From: an uncultured Thermoplasmata archaeon
GTDB taxonomy: Archaea > Thermoplasmatota > Thermoplasmata > Lutacidiplasmatales > UBA184
Direction: 5' to 3'
Length of the DNA stretch: 64,000 bases
Assembly (NCBI GenBank): GCA_963809035.1
Contig: CAWEHV010000002.1
Location: 1,312,113 to 1,376,112, forward strand
In this document: piece by piece, positions 31,109 through 40,883 of the stretch
Layout: each line of letters starts with the position of its first letter
Position numbering within the stretch: position 1 is the first letter of the stretch
The notes under the pieces: model-generated
Database searches by the model: none
The model's input: the letters and a program-made list of their open reading frames with translations, nothing else
What the model was told of the DNA's origin: nothing
Made by a program: the position numbers and the translations under genes

Positions 31109-32680
31109 ATGAGCATAACCAGAGTTTGGGGTGGACGATCCGCGGTGCGGGCCGTGGTGTCGATCGTGGTCCTCTGTTCCATGCTCGCGAGCGGTGGCGC
31201 GCTGGCCGGCCACCTCCACGCCGGTTCGTTGTACAATTCCTCCGACCTCTACGCCGGTTCGTCGTACAATTCCTCCAGCGTGGGAGCTGGAACGATGCCG
31301 GCAGCCTTGGTCGCGTCGACGATTCCCGTGGGATCCGACCCCACCGACGTCGTGTACGACAGTGGGAGAGGGGAGGTGTTCGTCATGAACGCGGTTTCGA
31401 ACACCGTGAGCGTGATCAACGACACGACGGACCTGGTCGTCGCGTCGATCACGGTGGGGGGCATTCCCCAGGCCGCGGTGTATGATAGCGGGAAAGGGGA
31501 GGTCTTCATCGAGAATGGGAGCTCGAATGGGGGCTACCCCTACCTCAGCGTGATCAGCGACGCGACGGACACGGTAACGACTACCGTCTACCTCGAGGGT
31601 AGTGGTGCCGACGCCATGGCGTACGACCGTGCGGCCGGCGAGATCGTCTTGTGCGTCCCGGAGGTCGGCGTAGTCGGCATGAACGACACGACGTATGCCT
31701 TCACGTCGCTCGGAGGCGGCGACTCTGCCGTGGGAGTAGCGGTGGACCCCGCGCTTTCGGAGATTTTCGTAACCAACTACGGAGCCGCCGGCACCGTCAG
31801 CGTAATCGGGGCCAGCAACGGGACCCCTGTGGCGACCATACCCGTGGGATCCGATCCTGTCGGGGTGGCGTACGACAGCGCGAAAGCCGAGGTCTTCGTC
31901 GCGAACTCCGGCACATACACCCTGAGCGTGATCTCCACCGCGACGAACAAGGTCGTCGCGAACGTGACCGTAGGTGCCGCCTACCAGACGCCAACTCCAA
32001 CGGGTGTGGCCTATGACGGCGCGATCGGGGAGCTCTTCGTTACAAACAATGAGGCGAACGATGTGGCCATAGTCTCGGACACGACGGACACCGTGACCGC
32101 GACCCTGGGGGTAGGAAGCAGCCCCTCCGGTGTCGCCTACGACAGCGCGAAAGGAGAGGTCTTCGTCGCGAACTCCGACTCCAACGACGTGAGCGTGTTC
32201 ACGCCTGGGGCAATTATCTACACCGTGTCTTTCGGGACCACCCCGGCGAACTGCAGCATCACCTTCGCCGGAAAGTCGTACGCGAGCGGTACGAACAATT
32301 CGAGCGTCCTCGAGGGGACGTATTCGATCGTCGCGAACGCGTGTAGCGGGGAGACGTTCGATTTCTGGGGGGACGGCTCTGGAAACGTCAAGTCCCCCAC
32401 CTCGTCCTCCACGACGGTTGTGATCAACGCAAGTGATCAGGGGGTGAGTGCGGTGTACACGTCAAGCGGATCGCCCTCCGGAACCCCCCCGGGGTCAGGC
32501 TCGCCCTCCTCGTCCTCGGGACTCTCCACGTTCGACTACGTGATCATCGCCGTCCTGGTGGTGGCCGTGCTCGTGATTGTCGCGGGAGGAGCCCGCAGGC
32601 GCCGAAGAAGGAAAGCATCCGTCGCTCCCCCGACGCCCTCCCGGGAGGCTGGCCCGGGCGTCCCCCCCCCTCCACCGTGA
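31109..32680 (+). CDS. Surface protein: signal peptide, YVTN beta-propeller repeats, Ser-rich linker, 'GLSTFDY' motif, TM helix, poly-Arg tail
   Basis: 'VVSIVVLCSMLASGGALA' signal; 'VxxTIPVGSDPxxVVYDSGRGEVFVMN' repeats; C-terminus 'SPSSSSGLSTFDYVIIAVLVVAVLVIVAGGARRRRRRK'. Confidence 0.8.
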   Translation: MSITRVWGGRSAVRAVVSIVVLCSMLASGGALAGHLHAGSLYNSSDLYAGSSYNSSSVGAGTMPAALVASTIPVGSDPTDVVYDSGRGEVFVMNAVSNTVSVINDTTDLVVASITVGGIPQAAVYDSGKGEVFIENGSSNGGYPYLSVISDATDTVTTTVYLEGSGADAMAYDRAAGEIVLCVPEVGVVGMNDTTYAFTSLGGGDSAVGVAVDPALSEIFVTNYGAAGTVSVIGASNGTPVATIPVGSDPVGVAYDSAKAEVFVANSGTYTLSVISTATNKVVANVTVGAAYQTPTPTGVAYDGAIGELFVTNNEANDVAIVSDTTDTVTATLGVGSSPSGVAYDSAKGEVFVANSDSNDVSVFTPGAIIYTVSFGTTPANCSITFAGKSYASGTNNSSVLEGTYSIVANACSGETFDFWGDGSGNVKSPTSSSTTVVINASDQGVSAVYTSSGSPSGTPPGSGSPSSSSGLSTFDYVIIAVLVVAVLVIVAGGARRRRRRKASVAPPTPSREAGPGVPPPPP

Positions 32681-33004
32681 TCCTGGGTCATCGCACGCCT
32701 AGGTCTCTCCCGGCCGCTCCTCCCCACCGTCGTCGCTCGCGTGAGCGACAACGAGGTCGCGGGCCGCCGAAATCGCGACCGCTCGCCCCCGGGGGATCAC
32801 AATAAGCACCCGTTAAGGGCGGAGGGTATTCGCTCGAGTGCCGGGCCCGAAGCGACGTCCGCGACGGAGACCCCCGCTCCCCCCTCCGATTTGCACCTGC
32901 TCGGCCGAATCATTCAAGTACCTCTACGCCCGAGTGTATCGACGTGGGCTGAGAGCCCTCCCGGGGGCTGCGAGGAGTTGAGCCGCTTCAAACTGACTGC
33001 TAGA

Positions 33005-33616
33005 ATGCGCCGAGGGGCGCGGAAGCGCGCGGTTTCGCCCATCATCGCAACGATCTTGCTAGTCGCCATCACGGTAGTCTTGGCCGCCGTTCTGTATGTG
33101 ATGGTTTCCGGACTGATCCGCGGTCCGGGGTCCACGCCGATTGGAACCGCATTCGCCGCCGGCCATCCCGTTACCGGCACCTGCGCGGCAGGAAGCTCAC
33201 AGACTCTTGGTGCGGCAGCGATAACGGGTGGCTGCAAGCCGGGGGACTTCGTTTACACCCTCACGGTCGAATCGTCAACGGTTTCGCTCGGCAGCGTCCT
33301 CTTCGAGGTCAGGACCTCCGCGGGAGTAGCGTACGCAGCGGGTGGGGCGAGTTCCTCCTTCTCAGTGGTGGACGTCACCAGCCATGTCGCGGCGATCAGC
33401 GTGACCGGTTCAATGATGGCCATGACTTCGACGTGGCAGGGCTACGGTCTCACGACCACGGCCCCGACATACAAGGCGTCCACCCCGATCACAAACCTGC
33501 ACATCATAGTAGTGGACATGGGCTCCGCGTCGGTGACCACCGGCCAGGGTCTCAAGTTCGTCGCGCTGGGAACTGGCTCCTACACGGGAGTTACCGGCCC
33601 AATCGACCTACCGTAG
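33005..33616 (+). CDS. Archaeal type IV pilin-like protein (class III signal peptide, Pilin_N/DUF361-type)
   Basis: 'MRRGARKRAVSPIIATILLVAITVVLAAVLYVMVSGL': basic N-terminus then the conserved 'VSPIIATILLVAITVVLAAVLY' hydrophobic segment, diagnostic of PibD/FlaK substrates. The ORF-track start at 32741 is an upstream extension; ATG at 33005. Confidence 0.8.
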   Translation: MRRGARKRAVSPIIATILLVAITVVLAAVLYVMVSGLIRGPGSTPIGTAFAAGHPVTGTCAAGSSQTLGAAAITGGCKPGDFVYTLTVESSTVSLGSVLFEVRTSAGVAYAAGGASSSFSVVDVTSHVAAISVTGSMMAMTSTWQGYGLTTTAPTYKASTPITNLHIIVVDMGSASVTTGQGLKFVALGTGSYTGVTGPIDLP

Positions 33617-33778
33617 AGCGTTTCTCCGACAGTAGGCCAACCCCGGTTTCATCCCCTTCCTCTCATCCGCTTCCGGCATAGCAAACGGACCCTTTCCCGG
33701 GACGGGACAGCGCGACGGGGAAAACCCTGGCAAGAGGGTTGAAATAGCGAAAGTCCTGTCTCGCCGCAGAGGGATCAG

Positions 33779-34098
33779 ATGGCGCTCTTTGTGTTGATAG
33801 CCACTCATTCGTCCGACCAGTGTCCGACCGCCAATGAGAAGACGCGAAAACTGTTTGGGGCCGACCCTGCCCCGATCATGGCGTTGGCGCAGAAGCTGGG
33901 TGTCAAGCCAGTGGTGGGACCGCTAGTCAGGTACCCGAACACCGGACCTTTGTTGTCATGGAAGCCCAGAAGGTCGAGGCTGTTCGGGACTTCGTAATGC
34001 AGAGCGGCCTGATCCAGTGGAACAGCGTTGAGATCATCAACGTCATTACCCAGGAAGAAGCGATAAAGGAAATCGCCGCTCTGACCCCAATATACTAA
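33779..34098 (+). pseudogene. Small conserved protein ('MALFVLIATHSSDQCP...') with a frameshift near 33955; paralog of the 49916-50200 protein
   Basis: Frame 1 gives 'MALFVLIATHSSDQCPTANEKTRKLFGADPAPIMALAQKLGVKPVVGP'. Frame 2 continues from 33957 as 'MEAQKVEAVRDFVMQSGLIQWNSVEIINVITQEEAIKEIAALTPIY'. N-terminus resembles 'MALYVAEHTHPAERCPAQNPQMAQ' in the 49916-50200 protein. Confidence 0.4.
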
Positions 34099-34287
34099 TT
34101 CAACCACAGGGACCGGCGCACCTACGCCGGTCCCCCGACCTACAGAAGGCACCCGCTTGTCGGGAGAACGCGCCAGCCGCTTGCGGAGCGACCCGGGCGA
34201 CGGCCCGCGACCGGGTTCGTGGGCTAGGGTCGGCTGGGTTCGCCTACACGCAGCCTGGATCTGAGCGGCGGTTGGCCCCTCACTGAG

Positions 34288-34608
34288 TCAGTGCTGGCCG
34301 GACCTCTTCTGAATGGCGCGAACATTCAGTTCGTTGTACTTTAGGATCGGTATCGTCCGGTGAAGCTCGAAGGTGAAGTAGGGAGACCACATGGCGAGAG
34401 CCTCGGCAATCTGTTCATCGGGGAGGTCCGCCGTCATGAAGCAACCTGCGTTGCCCTGAACGAACGCATACACGTCCTTGACGATCCCTGCCTTGGTCTG
34501 GGCTGTGATGAGGGCTTCAAACGCCTTCGCCTGGGCAAGCTGCTCTGCCGGATTCGCGGGGGGCTGGATGCTCATGTTCTGCTTCCAAAGTCCGAAGTAG
34601 GTCGGCAT
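34288..34608 (-). CDS. Hypothetical small protein (possibly DUF3303-like)
   Basis: 106 aa ORF with a clean start and coding-like composition; weak resemblance to DUF3303 ('...GNAGCFMTADLPDEQIAEALAMWSPYFTFEL'). Confidence 0.35.
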   Translation of the reverse strand: MPTYFGLWKQNMSIQPPANPAEQLAQAKAFEALITAQTKAGIVKDVYAFVQGNAGCFMTADLPDEQIAEALAMWSPYFTFELHRTIPILKYNELNVRAIQKRSGQH

Positions 34609-35082
34609 GAACCCCCCGACAAGTTCCCCCTTACTAACCCTCCCGATGACCTCAAACCCGTTCCGACTGGGTGAGGCGTTTCATCGGATCCCCGGGGACT
34701 GTTGCGATAGGCAAGTCTCCGGGTGGTTCGGACCGATTGTTGTAGATAAACCGGGAGTGCCATGATACAGCCTACTTCATCGGTCGGACAGCGGGGATCT
34801 GCGGGGCACGGGCCCAACGAGGTGCCGCGGGAGATCCTCGACGCCGCGGAGACTCGAATACCCACCGCTTTCTGAAAAACATGCAACGGGTTCCCTTTGC
34901 AAGGATGGGGGAATAGTTGCAACCGGACATGCACCTACCAGCCCCCCCTAGAGCTCTCGCCGAGAACCTGGCCGGCCCGAGGGTTCATACATTCAAGCCC
35001 CCCCGTCGGCCTCGCTAACGGTGCCGTCGCCAGTGTTCAGACCCGAAGGAAGTCTCAAATCGATTGGATACTATTGGAGCCC

Positions 35083-35307
35083 GTGTCCGTACACCTGAGC
35101 CGGGCCACCACAATCACCGTCACCGAGCGGACACGACGGCTCCTTGAGTCAGTGAAGGGTGAGGGCGAGAGCTTCGACCAGACGATTCAGACCCTCCTCG
35201 AGGAGACGTTCTTCGACGACGAGTTCTACCACGAGATCGAGCGACGCTGGCAGTCAGAGAAGCGCGTTCCCGGCCGTACCGTGTTGATACGTGCAGGGTT
35301 GGCTTGA
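35083..35307 (+). CDS. Orphan VapB-like antitoxin (same family as the 5590 protein), probable TTG/GTG start
   Basis: 'VSVHLSRATTITVTERTRRLLESVKGEGESFDQTIQTLLEETFFDDEFYHEIERRWQ' parallels 'TTIQVTPATRERLAALK...TYDELLNKLL'; no toxin gene adjacent. Confidence 0.45.
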   Translation: MSVHLSRATTITVTERTRRLLESVKGEGESFDQTIQTLLEETFFDDEFYHEIERRWQSEKRVPGRTVLIRAGLA

Positions 35308-35459
35308 AAACCTACCAATACGAGTTCCTTGAATCTGCTGAGGGCGAGAAGCGATTGCAGCTTGTTGGCGGTTGGCCCCCTTCGCACGGATCTGTGGCCA
35401 CCGGAGTGTCAGAGAATTCGTACTGAACGTAACCCCGCATCGTTTGCCAGACGGGGCGG

Positions 35460-35867
35460 TTGAACATGCCGAAGAGAACACCACTTCGCTACAAGGCCAA
35501 ACGACCCTATGCTAAGGTGGTCGGGGTCATCCTGATCGTCCTTCTTGTTCTCTTAATGCTCCCTCTCCCATTGCCTTTCAGTCGGACGATCGTGACCAAC
35601 GGCCTCAGTCCCGCCCGAAGCCAAATCAGCTCCATCGACTGTCTCTGGCTTTCCGGAACATGGTCGACCGAAGGCGTAGGAACGGTGACCCTGGAGATCG
35701 TCAGCGCCGATGGAACGATCGCCTACAACGACAGTCTTGGGTTCGGAACCTTCTCTTTCTACGCTCCCGATGCGCCGTACACCGCCATAATTTTCTCGAT
35801 GTACCCCGTAACGGTCCAAATCAGCGGGACTGCTTGGGGCCCGCCGATCCCGGTGGGCCTACCCTAA
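35460..35867 (+). CDS. Small N-terminally membrane-anchored protein, unknown function
   Basis: 'VVGVILIVLLVLLMLPLPL' TM followed by a ~100-aa extracytoplasmic domain. Confidence 0.4.
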   Translation: MNMPKRTPLRYKAKRPYAKVVGVILIVLLVLLMLPLPLPFSRTIVTNGLSPARSQISSIDCLWLSGTWSTEGVGTVTLEIVSADGTIAYNDSLGFGTFSFYAPDAPYTAIIFSMYPVTVQISGTAWGPPIPVGLP

Positions 35868-36077
35868 GGTCAGCGTACGCGCTGCAGATGGATCGGTCCG
35901 AGCCTCCCAACCGAGGGCTGGCTACTGGCGCGTTTAGTGTGGCCCGCGCCGAAAGGGGGCTCGACGCATGACCCTGGATTGATCCGGGGACGATCTCTCG
36001 GTGCAACCGACCTCACACCCACTGTTCATCCTTCGCCCAGCCGGAAAGGCTTATTTTGCATGCTTGCATGCAGAGAG

Positions 36078-36293
36078 ATGATGGGCGGCGCGAGCACCTC
36101 GGTGAGGGTCTCTCACGAGACCTTGCGCGAGCTCGAGCGGCTACGCCGGGCGTTCCAGGTTCAAACGGCAGAAGAGACCATACGCGAGCTCATTCGAGAG
36201 CGGAAGTTCCGATCCCTTGCCCGCCTATTCGGGAGCGGAAAGGGAGTCGTCGCACCATTCACGGAGGACGACCGCCTTGATTCTCACTATTGA
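36078..36293 (+). CDS. vapB: VapB-type antitoxin (pair 1)
   Basis: 'SVRVSHETLRELERLRRAFQVQTAEETIRELI...FTEDDRLDSHY'; paralog of the 37775-37984 protein; overlaps the downstream PIN gene by 17 nt. Confidence 0.65.
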   Translation: MMGGASTSVRVSHETLRELERLRRAFQVQTAEETIRELIRERKFRSLARLFGSGKGVVAPFTEDDRLDSHY

Positions 36294-36684
36294 TACATTC
36301 GCCTGGGTCGAGATGATACGAGGAAGCCGCCTGGGGAGTCGAGCTCGGGAAGCGATGGAGGGCACGGAGCGCTGCCTAACGCCCTCCGTCGTGGTGGCCG
36401 AAGTCGCCTCCAAGTGCGTCAGGGATGCTCTTCCCGATTCGCTCATCAGGCGAGAACTCCAGGCCATCCGCGAATCTTCGGAGGTGGTACCCATCGACGA
36501 TTTCATTGCGACCGCAGGTGCCCACGCTTTCGATGAGCTTAGACAAATCGCGCAGGAACAAAGCCTTCAACGACCCGGGCTGGCGGACGGTCTCGTTCTG
36601 GCCACGGCTCGAAGGTCAGGCGCCAGATTGCTCACCGGAGACCCGCACTTCCGTTCCTTCCCTGAGACCATCTGGTTGGCTTAA
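36277..36684 (+). CDS. vapC: PIN-domain toxin VapC (pair 1), TTG start
   Basis: 'LILTIDTFAWVEMIRGS' (PIN N-terminal acidic motif), '...TPSVVVAEVASK...', 'TGDPHF' C-terminal PIN motif. Confidence 0.7.
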   Translation: MILTIDTFAWVEMIRGSRLGSRAREAMEGTERCLTPSVVVAEVASKCVRDALPDSLIRRELQAIRESSEVVPIDDFIATAGAHAFDELRQIAQEQSLQRPGLADGLVLATARRSGARLLTGDPHFRSFPETIWLA

Positions 36685-36870
36685 CCGGGGAAGAAGAGAG
36701 GCGCCGAGCTTGCTTCTTGCCCGACATCGGGCGGAAGTCACAGAAGTGCCCCCAATGCCACGATTTCTGCCCTTCGGGGCTTGGAAAACATGTTAACGCC
36801 CTTTCGTTAATTAACCACCAGATTCCATGAATGTTAGCGACGCTCCCTCTCACCGAAGATCTGGTACGGG

Positions 36871-37074
36871 ATGCCCGCCTTTGCCAAGGACGACCAGGTC
36901 GTCTGTTTCTTCCAGCCCGCTCAGAATTTCAAAACACGATACGCGACGCTCGGCTTCAGCGACGAGGCGAACTTGGACGACGGCTACGTGTGGCCGACCG
37001 CCTTCGCATTGATGGAACTGACTCCCACAGATGAGGCAAGGATCGCCACCTTCGTGAAGAGGGCGGTGAGCTGA
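36871..37074 (+). CDS. Hypothetical small protein
   Basis: 67-aa ORF between the two VapBC pairs; no recognisable motif. Confidence 0.2.
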   Translation: MPAFAKDDQVVCFFQPAQNFKTRYATLGFSDEANLDDGYVWPTAFALMELTPTDEARIATFVKRAVS

Positions 37075-37380
37075 GAATTGAGTCCGAATCTGGGCGCCTT
37101 GAAAGCGACGGGTCCGCTCAGGGGCGGGCAGAATCCTTGTTGGGCCCAACGTTCCGAGGGGCCTCCAAGACCATGGATGGGTGAAGGGTACCGCTTCTCG
37201 ATTAGGCCCTGGCTCGAGAGTGTGTGCCTCACCTGAGTCCCATTCTGTCTCAGGGGTCGGCGGAACCCATATAACAGATCATTGTGGATTGCACCAGTCG
37301 GCCCTTAGCACCTGATTTCGGACAGTGCTAATGAATCACCATTGAACCGAATGGACCCGCGGCACGAACAATAGATCCTG

Positions 37381-37791
37381 TCATGCCCCGATCCACTCTA
37401 CATTCGGTAGAGCCTCGAAGTGCGCATCTGCAGTCAACACCTTGCCGTCGAGCGCCCGAGCAAAGGACAGAATAACGACATCAGCGAAGCTAGGTTGGTT
37501 CAACTTGCGCCGGCGGGCGTGGGCCCGGAGGTCGGAGTCGGCCTTCGGAGCATGAATGGCCACCTCGATAGTAACCGGGGCGACTTCACTAAGCGCCGTG
37601 ATCGCTCGAAGGTGGCCTTGGACGAGGGTTTCTGACTGCCCATCACGACCGAACTTTCGGGCAACCTCCGCAAGGACCAAGTCCGGAGTGATCAGGTGGT
37701 CCACCGACTCCAGACGTCGGCGAACCTCGGGCCCTTTTCGACCGCCAGTGAGGAACTCGATCCAGGCGTAAGAGTCAATGATCAGTATCAA
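37381..37791 (-). CDS. vapC: PIN-domain toxin VapC (pair 2, paralog of pair 1, inverted)
   Basis: 'MILIIDSYAWIEFLTGG...TPDLVLAEVARKF...TADAHFEALPNVEWIG'. Confidence 0.75.
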   Translation of the reverse strand: MILIIDSYAWIEFLTGGRKGPEVRRRLESVDHLITPDLVLAEVARKFGRDGQSETLVQGHLRAITALSEVAPVTIEVAIHAPKADSDLRAHARRRKLNQPSFADVVILSFARALDGKVLTADAHFEALPNVEWIGA

Positions 37792-37984
37792 GGCGATCCG
37801 ACTCCCGGAATGGGCTAGACAATCGAGCGCTACCGTACAGGCGCGAAATGAGCTCGCGACGGCGGAGAATCATCAACGACTTGATGGTCTCATCAGCGGT
37901 CTTGGCGTGCAGCGCCTTGCGGAACCGCTCGAGTTCTGACAACGTGCTTCTAGAAACTCGGATGGAGGTTACCGCGGTCGCCAT
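37775..37984 (-). CDS. vapB: VapB-type antitoxin (pair 2)
   Basis: 'MATAVTSIRVSRSTLSELERFRKALHAKTADETIKSLM...FRESDRLDTDH'; overlaps vapC by 17 nt, the same overlap as pair 1. Confidence 0.65.
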   Translation of the reverse strand: MATAVTSIRVSRSTLSELERFRKALHAKTADETIKSLMILRRRELISRLYGSARLSSPFRESDRLDTDH

Positions 37985-38368
37985 GAATCCTGCATGCGGC
38001 ATGCAGTATATGAAATCTCTTCTGCCGACGGCAGATGGTCCGACGAGTTGAGCGGCACGTTTCGAACTGGGTGCATTGCGTCATGCAACCACCGTGTGCG
38101 CTTAGACCGTCCGGGAATGAGGCGCCCAGGCGATCACCTTGAAGAGACGTGGTCACGAGAGATGAGCGTAGACGGCCGCACGCGGTGCCCTCGCGCACTT
38201 TGCGAACTCCCGGTCCTCCCGGAGGATGATGTGTCGCTCTTCGTAGTCGACCTCGCTCTTACGCGTAATGAAACTTGGTTGTGAAGTCTAAGCCCCCCCG
38301 ACCCCGAATCGAGCTGGGGTATCGGGGTTACCAGTTACGGTAGGTCGCTTTGCTATCCTCGATGACAT

Positions 38369-38740
38369 TCAGATGGTGGTCACGCCTTCCACACTTGCCA
38401 AGTCCCGGTCGCTCGTGTATAATGTTGCGCGGAACCGACGGGCCGTCGCGTAGACAAGCGCATCGGCGAAGTGTAGTCCCAACGAGAGGCTGTAGTCGCC
38501 AGCTTCCAAGGCAAGCTCCTGGTCCACTGGGATAACGTGTGTCTGATCGAGCGCCGCGACTGCTTCCAGGGCTGCCAGCTCCCCCTTCAATCGCTTGATC
38601 TTCTTGTACACCTCGTAGAGCACCACCACGGATGTGACAATCTCCGCCGGGAGTTCCGCGTCGATAACCCGGTTGTAAGCTGACGCTTTGGGCCCCCCGG
38701 TGAGTCGCTCAATCCAACCAGAGCTGTCCACGGAGATCAT
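38369..38740 (-). CDS. vapC: PIN-domain toxin VapC (pair 3)
   Basis: 'MISVDSSGWIERLTGGPKA...VVLYEVYKKI...TSDRDLASVEGVTTI'; the ORF-track N-terminal extension to 39154 is rejected (internal ATG at 38740 follows the antitoxin). Confidence 0.7.
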   Translation of the reverse strand: MISVDSSGWIERLTGGPKASAYNRVIDAELPAEIVTSVVVLYEVYKKIKRLKGELAALEAVAALDQTHVIPVDQELALEAGDYSLSLGLHFADALVYATARRFRATLYTSDRDLASVEGVTTI

Positions 38741-38751
38741 TCCGAGGATCC

Positions 38752-38961
38752 TCAGGACCGGTCCTCTTCGTCTCGCAAGCCCCGGGTCGTCAATCCCGGG
38801 ACCATCCCCTTTGTCTTCGATAATGGGCGAACGGGGACGAAGTACAGAATCCCATGCTTCATGAGGGCGGCCATTTTGTCCCCCGGGTGGATTCGTCCGC
38901 CACGACGCAATTTCTCTGGGATCACGACCTGATACTTCGGGGATACCGTGACGGTCTCCAT
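38752..38961 (-). CDS. vapB: AbrB/MazE-type antitoxin (pair 3)
   Basis: 'TVTVSPKYQVVIPEKLRRGGRIHPGDKMAALMKHGILYFVPV' has the SpoVT/AbrB swapped-hairpin signature; 11 nt upstream of the PIN gene. Confidence 0.65.
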   Translation of the reverse strand: METVTVSPKYQVVIPEKLRRGGRIHPGDKMAALMKHGILYFVPVRPLSKTKGMVPGLTTRGLRDEEDRS

Positions 38962-39130
38962 CGATGCCTCTAGTGTTCAACAGGAAGATGGTCGATATAA
39001 AAGTACCGGAGTCGATGGAAGTTGGGTCGATGCCAGCGCGACGTTTGGGCGCTCCTCGACCCGATACACGAGGAACCCCCCCCCCAGCAGGTCCGACCGG
39101 GAAGAAACACCCCCGTTCGCAACCGAGCCG

Positions 39131-39820
39131 ATGCCTTCTTACTGGGGCGCCCATCGGTGGGACACCCCCGTGGCAGCTCCCACCAGCTCGATAGCGAAAC
39201 CAAGCGACACGCTCCCCCGGCCCCGCCCGCGGATCGAATCACTCTCCGACATGGTGTTCGGCCTCGCCCTTTCGGTGGGTGCCCTGGCCCTCGTCGCCAC
39301 TCCCCCGACCTCCTCCGAGCAGCTGTACTCGGACATTGTGACGTTCGGGTTCAGCTTCCTGATCCTGATCATGGTCTGGTTTTCCTACACACGGATCATG
39401 TCCGAGATGACCTTCGAGGACCACCGGACGCTGACGTTGAACACCGTCCTCCTGTTCACGGTCTCGGTCGAGCCGTTCCTCTTCAACCTCCTCCATTCGG
39501 CCAACCACCTCAACGGGTTCTTCAACGCGGCCAGCCAAGCCTATGCCGTGGACCTCGGCCTCATGATGGTCATCTTGGGGTTGTTCGCGTGGGGGCTATC
39601 GGTATCGACGCAACCCCCGCTCGCCCTGTCGGTCCGGACGGGTTTCCGAGCCGAAGCCATCAATCGGTGGGTGGCCGCCGGTATCTTTTTCGTGACGGTC
39701 GCTCCTGTGTTCGATCAGGTTTCGGTCGGCCCCGAGCCCCTCCGGATCTGGCTGTGGCTCATCCCGCTCTTCTTCTTCGCTTTCGCCCGCCGTACCCGTC
39801 GGAAGGCTGAAGGTCCCTGA
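39131..39820 (+). CDS. DUF1211 (TMEM175-like) membrane protein
   Basis: 'RIESLSDMVFGLALSVGALALV' matches the RxxxFSDGVFAIAxTLL signature; ~6 TM helices; start taken at ATG 39131 to avoid overlap with the opposite-strand antitoxin. Confidence 0.55.
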   Translation: MPSYWGAHRWDTPVAAPTSSIAKPSDTLPRPRPRIESLSDMVFGLALSVGALALVATPPTSSEQLYSDIVTFGFSFLILIMVWFSYTRIMSEMTFEDHRTLTLNTVLLFTVSVEPFLFNLLHSANHLNGFFNAASQAYAVDLGLMMVILGLFAWGLSVSTQPPLALSVRTGFRAEAINRWVAAGIFFVTVAPVFDQVSVGPEPLRIWLWLIPLFFFAFARRTRRKAEGP

Positions 39821-39844
39821 AGGGTGACCTAGGGCGAAGCTACC

Positions 39845-40195
39845 ATGCCGACGGAACGTGAGGATGAGCGAGCGGGCCTCTTAGTGATCGAGAAGGCGGC
39901 CCATCAGGCCGTCCTGGTCGCGGGCCCCCAGTTACACATCGAAAGAAAGTGGGGACACGACTGGTACGTCGGAACGGACAACGTCTGCGGAGTGTTCGCG
40001 TTCCAGGGGCACGTCTCGGTCGAATTCTGGCGTGGATCGACCCTCCCGGACCCCACCCACCTCCTCGAAGGCCTCGGCCAGCACCTTCGTCATGTCAAGC
40101 TCCGGTCCCCGGGCGAGGTGCAGACTCCGGCGTTCCGCGCACTCTTGCTCGCGGCCGTCAAACTCGACCACGACTCCCCCAAACGAACCCGCTAG
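39845..40195 (+). CDS. Small cytoplasmic protein, DUF1801 (YdhG-like)-like
   Basis: 116 aa; 'KWGHDWYVG...GVFAFQGHVSVEFWRG' pattern. Confidence 0.35.
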   Translation: MPTEREDERAGLLVIEKAAHQAVLVAGPQLHIERKWGHDWYVGTDNVCGVFAFQGHVSVEFWRGSTLPDPTHLLEGLGQHLRHVKLRSPGEVQTPAFRALLLAAVKLDHDSPKRTR

Positions 40196-40692
40196 GGCGC
40201 CCGCCGGCGCCGGACCCCCCGCCCCGTTTCCCGCGGTTCCCAGAGCTCGAACCGGTTCCCTTCTGGATCGCACGCCCATGCGAACCGGCCATTGTCGGCG
40301 GTCTCCTGGTGGGGGTCGATGGGGACCCGGGCCCGACGGAGCCGGGCGAGGATCCCATCTAAGTTCTCGACCCGGTAATTGATCATCGCGGCCTGCCGCC
40401 GATCCCCGAAGTAGTCGGTGTCCTGCGGAAAGAGCCCCCAGGTGGTGCTGCCGGCTACTCGCCCGCGGGGGTTCTCGTTCCCAAAGAACGTGACGCCGCC
40501 GAACTCCTCGAGCCGGATTCCCAAATATCGTTCGTACCAAAGGAGCAGCCGCCGCTGGTTCCGGGCCCGAAGGAACACCCCTCCGATCCCGGTGACACGA
40601 AACGCGCCTTGGGTTCCTTTCGGCTCGTTCCGCTCCCTCCCCGCGATTCGTCCTTTCCCAGCTCCCTTCGGCATAGCCTTGGGGCGGGGCAT
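40192..40692 (-). CDS. VOC-family (glyoxalase/bleomycin-resistance fold) protein
   Basis: 'FRVTGIGGVFLRARN...LLWYERYLGIRLEE...RFAWACDPEGNRFELWEP'; likely start at internal Met (ORF-track start 40845 gives an implausible Pro/Gly-rich extension). Confidence 0.55.
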   Translation of the reverse strand: MPRPKAMPKGAGKGRIAGRERNEPKGTQGAFRVTGIGGVFLRARNQRRLLLWYERYLGIRLEEFGGVTFFGNENPRGRVAGSTTWGLFPQDTDYFGDRRQAAMINYRVENLDGILARLRRARVPIDPHQETADNGRFAWACDPEGNRFELWEPRETGRGVRRRRAP

Positions 40693-40883
40693 CCCACGCC
40701 GCGGCGATAGGCCTGACGGGTTCGGTGTGAGGGGCACAGGCGAGCCATTGGGGGGCTGGGGGTGGGCCGGGAAGTCGGCCCTTGAGGCTTCGGATCCCGA
40801 GACGCCCGGGATTCCCAGATTCAAGGCTCCTCTACCTCCGCCCAAACGGTCTTAAAAGGGGAGGGCGCCGTGTTTAGTCGATT

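Noticed and set aside
38369-39154. Full 261-aa ORF-track call for the third PIN protein and the 290-aa call 38948-39820
   Set aside because: Their N-terminal extensions overlap the oppositely oriented antitoxin gene and are Gly/Arg/Pro-rich. Internal Met codons (38740 and 39131) give proteins of canonical size.
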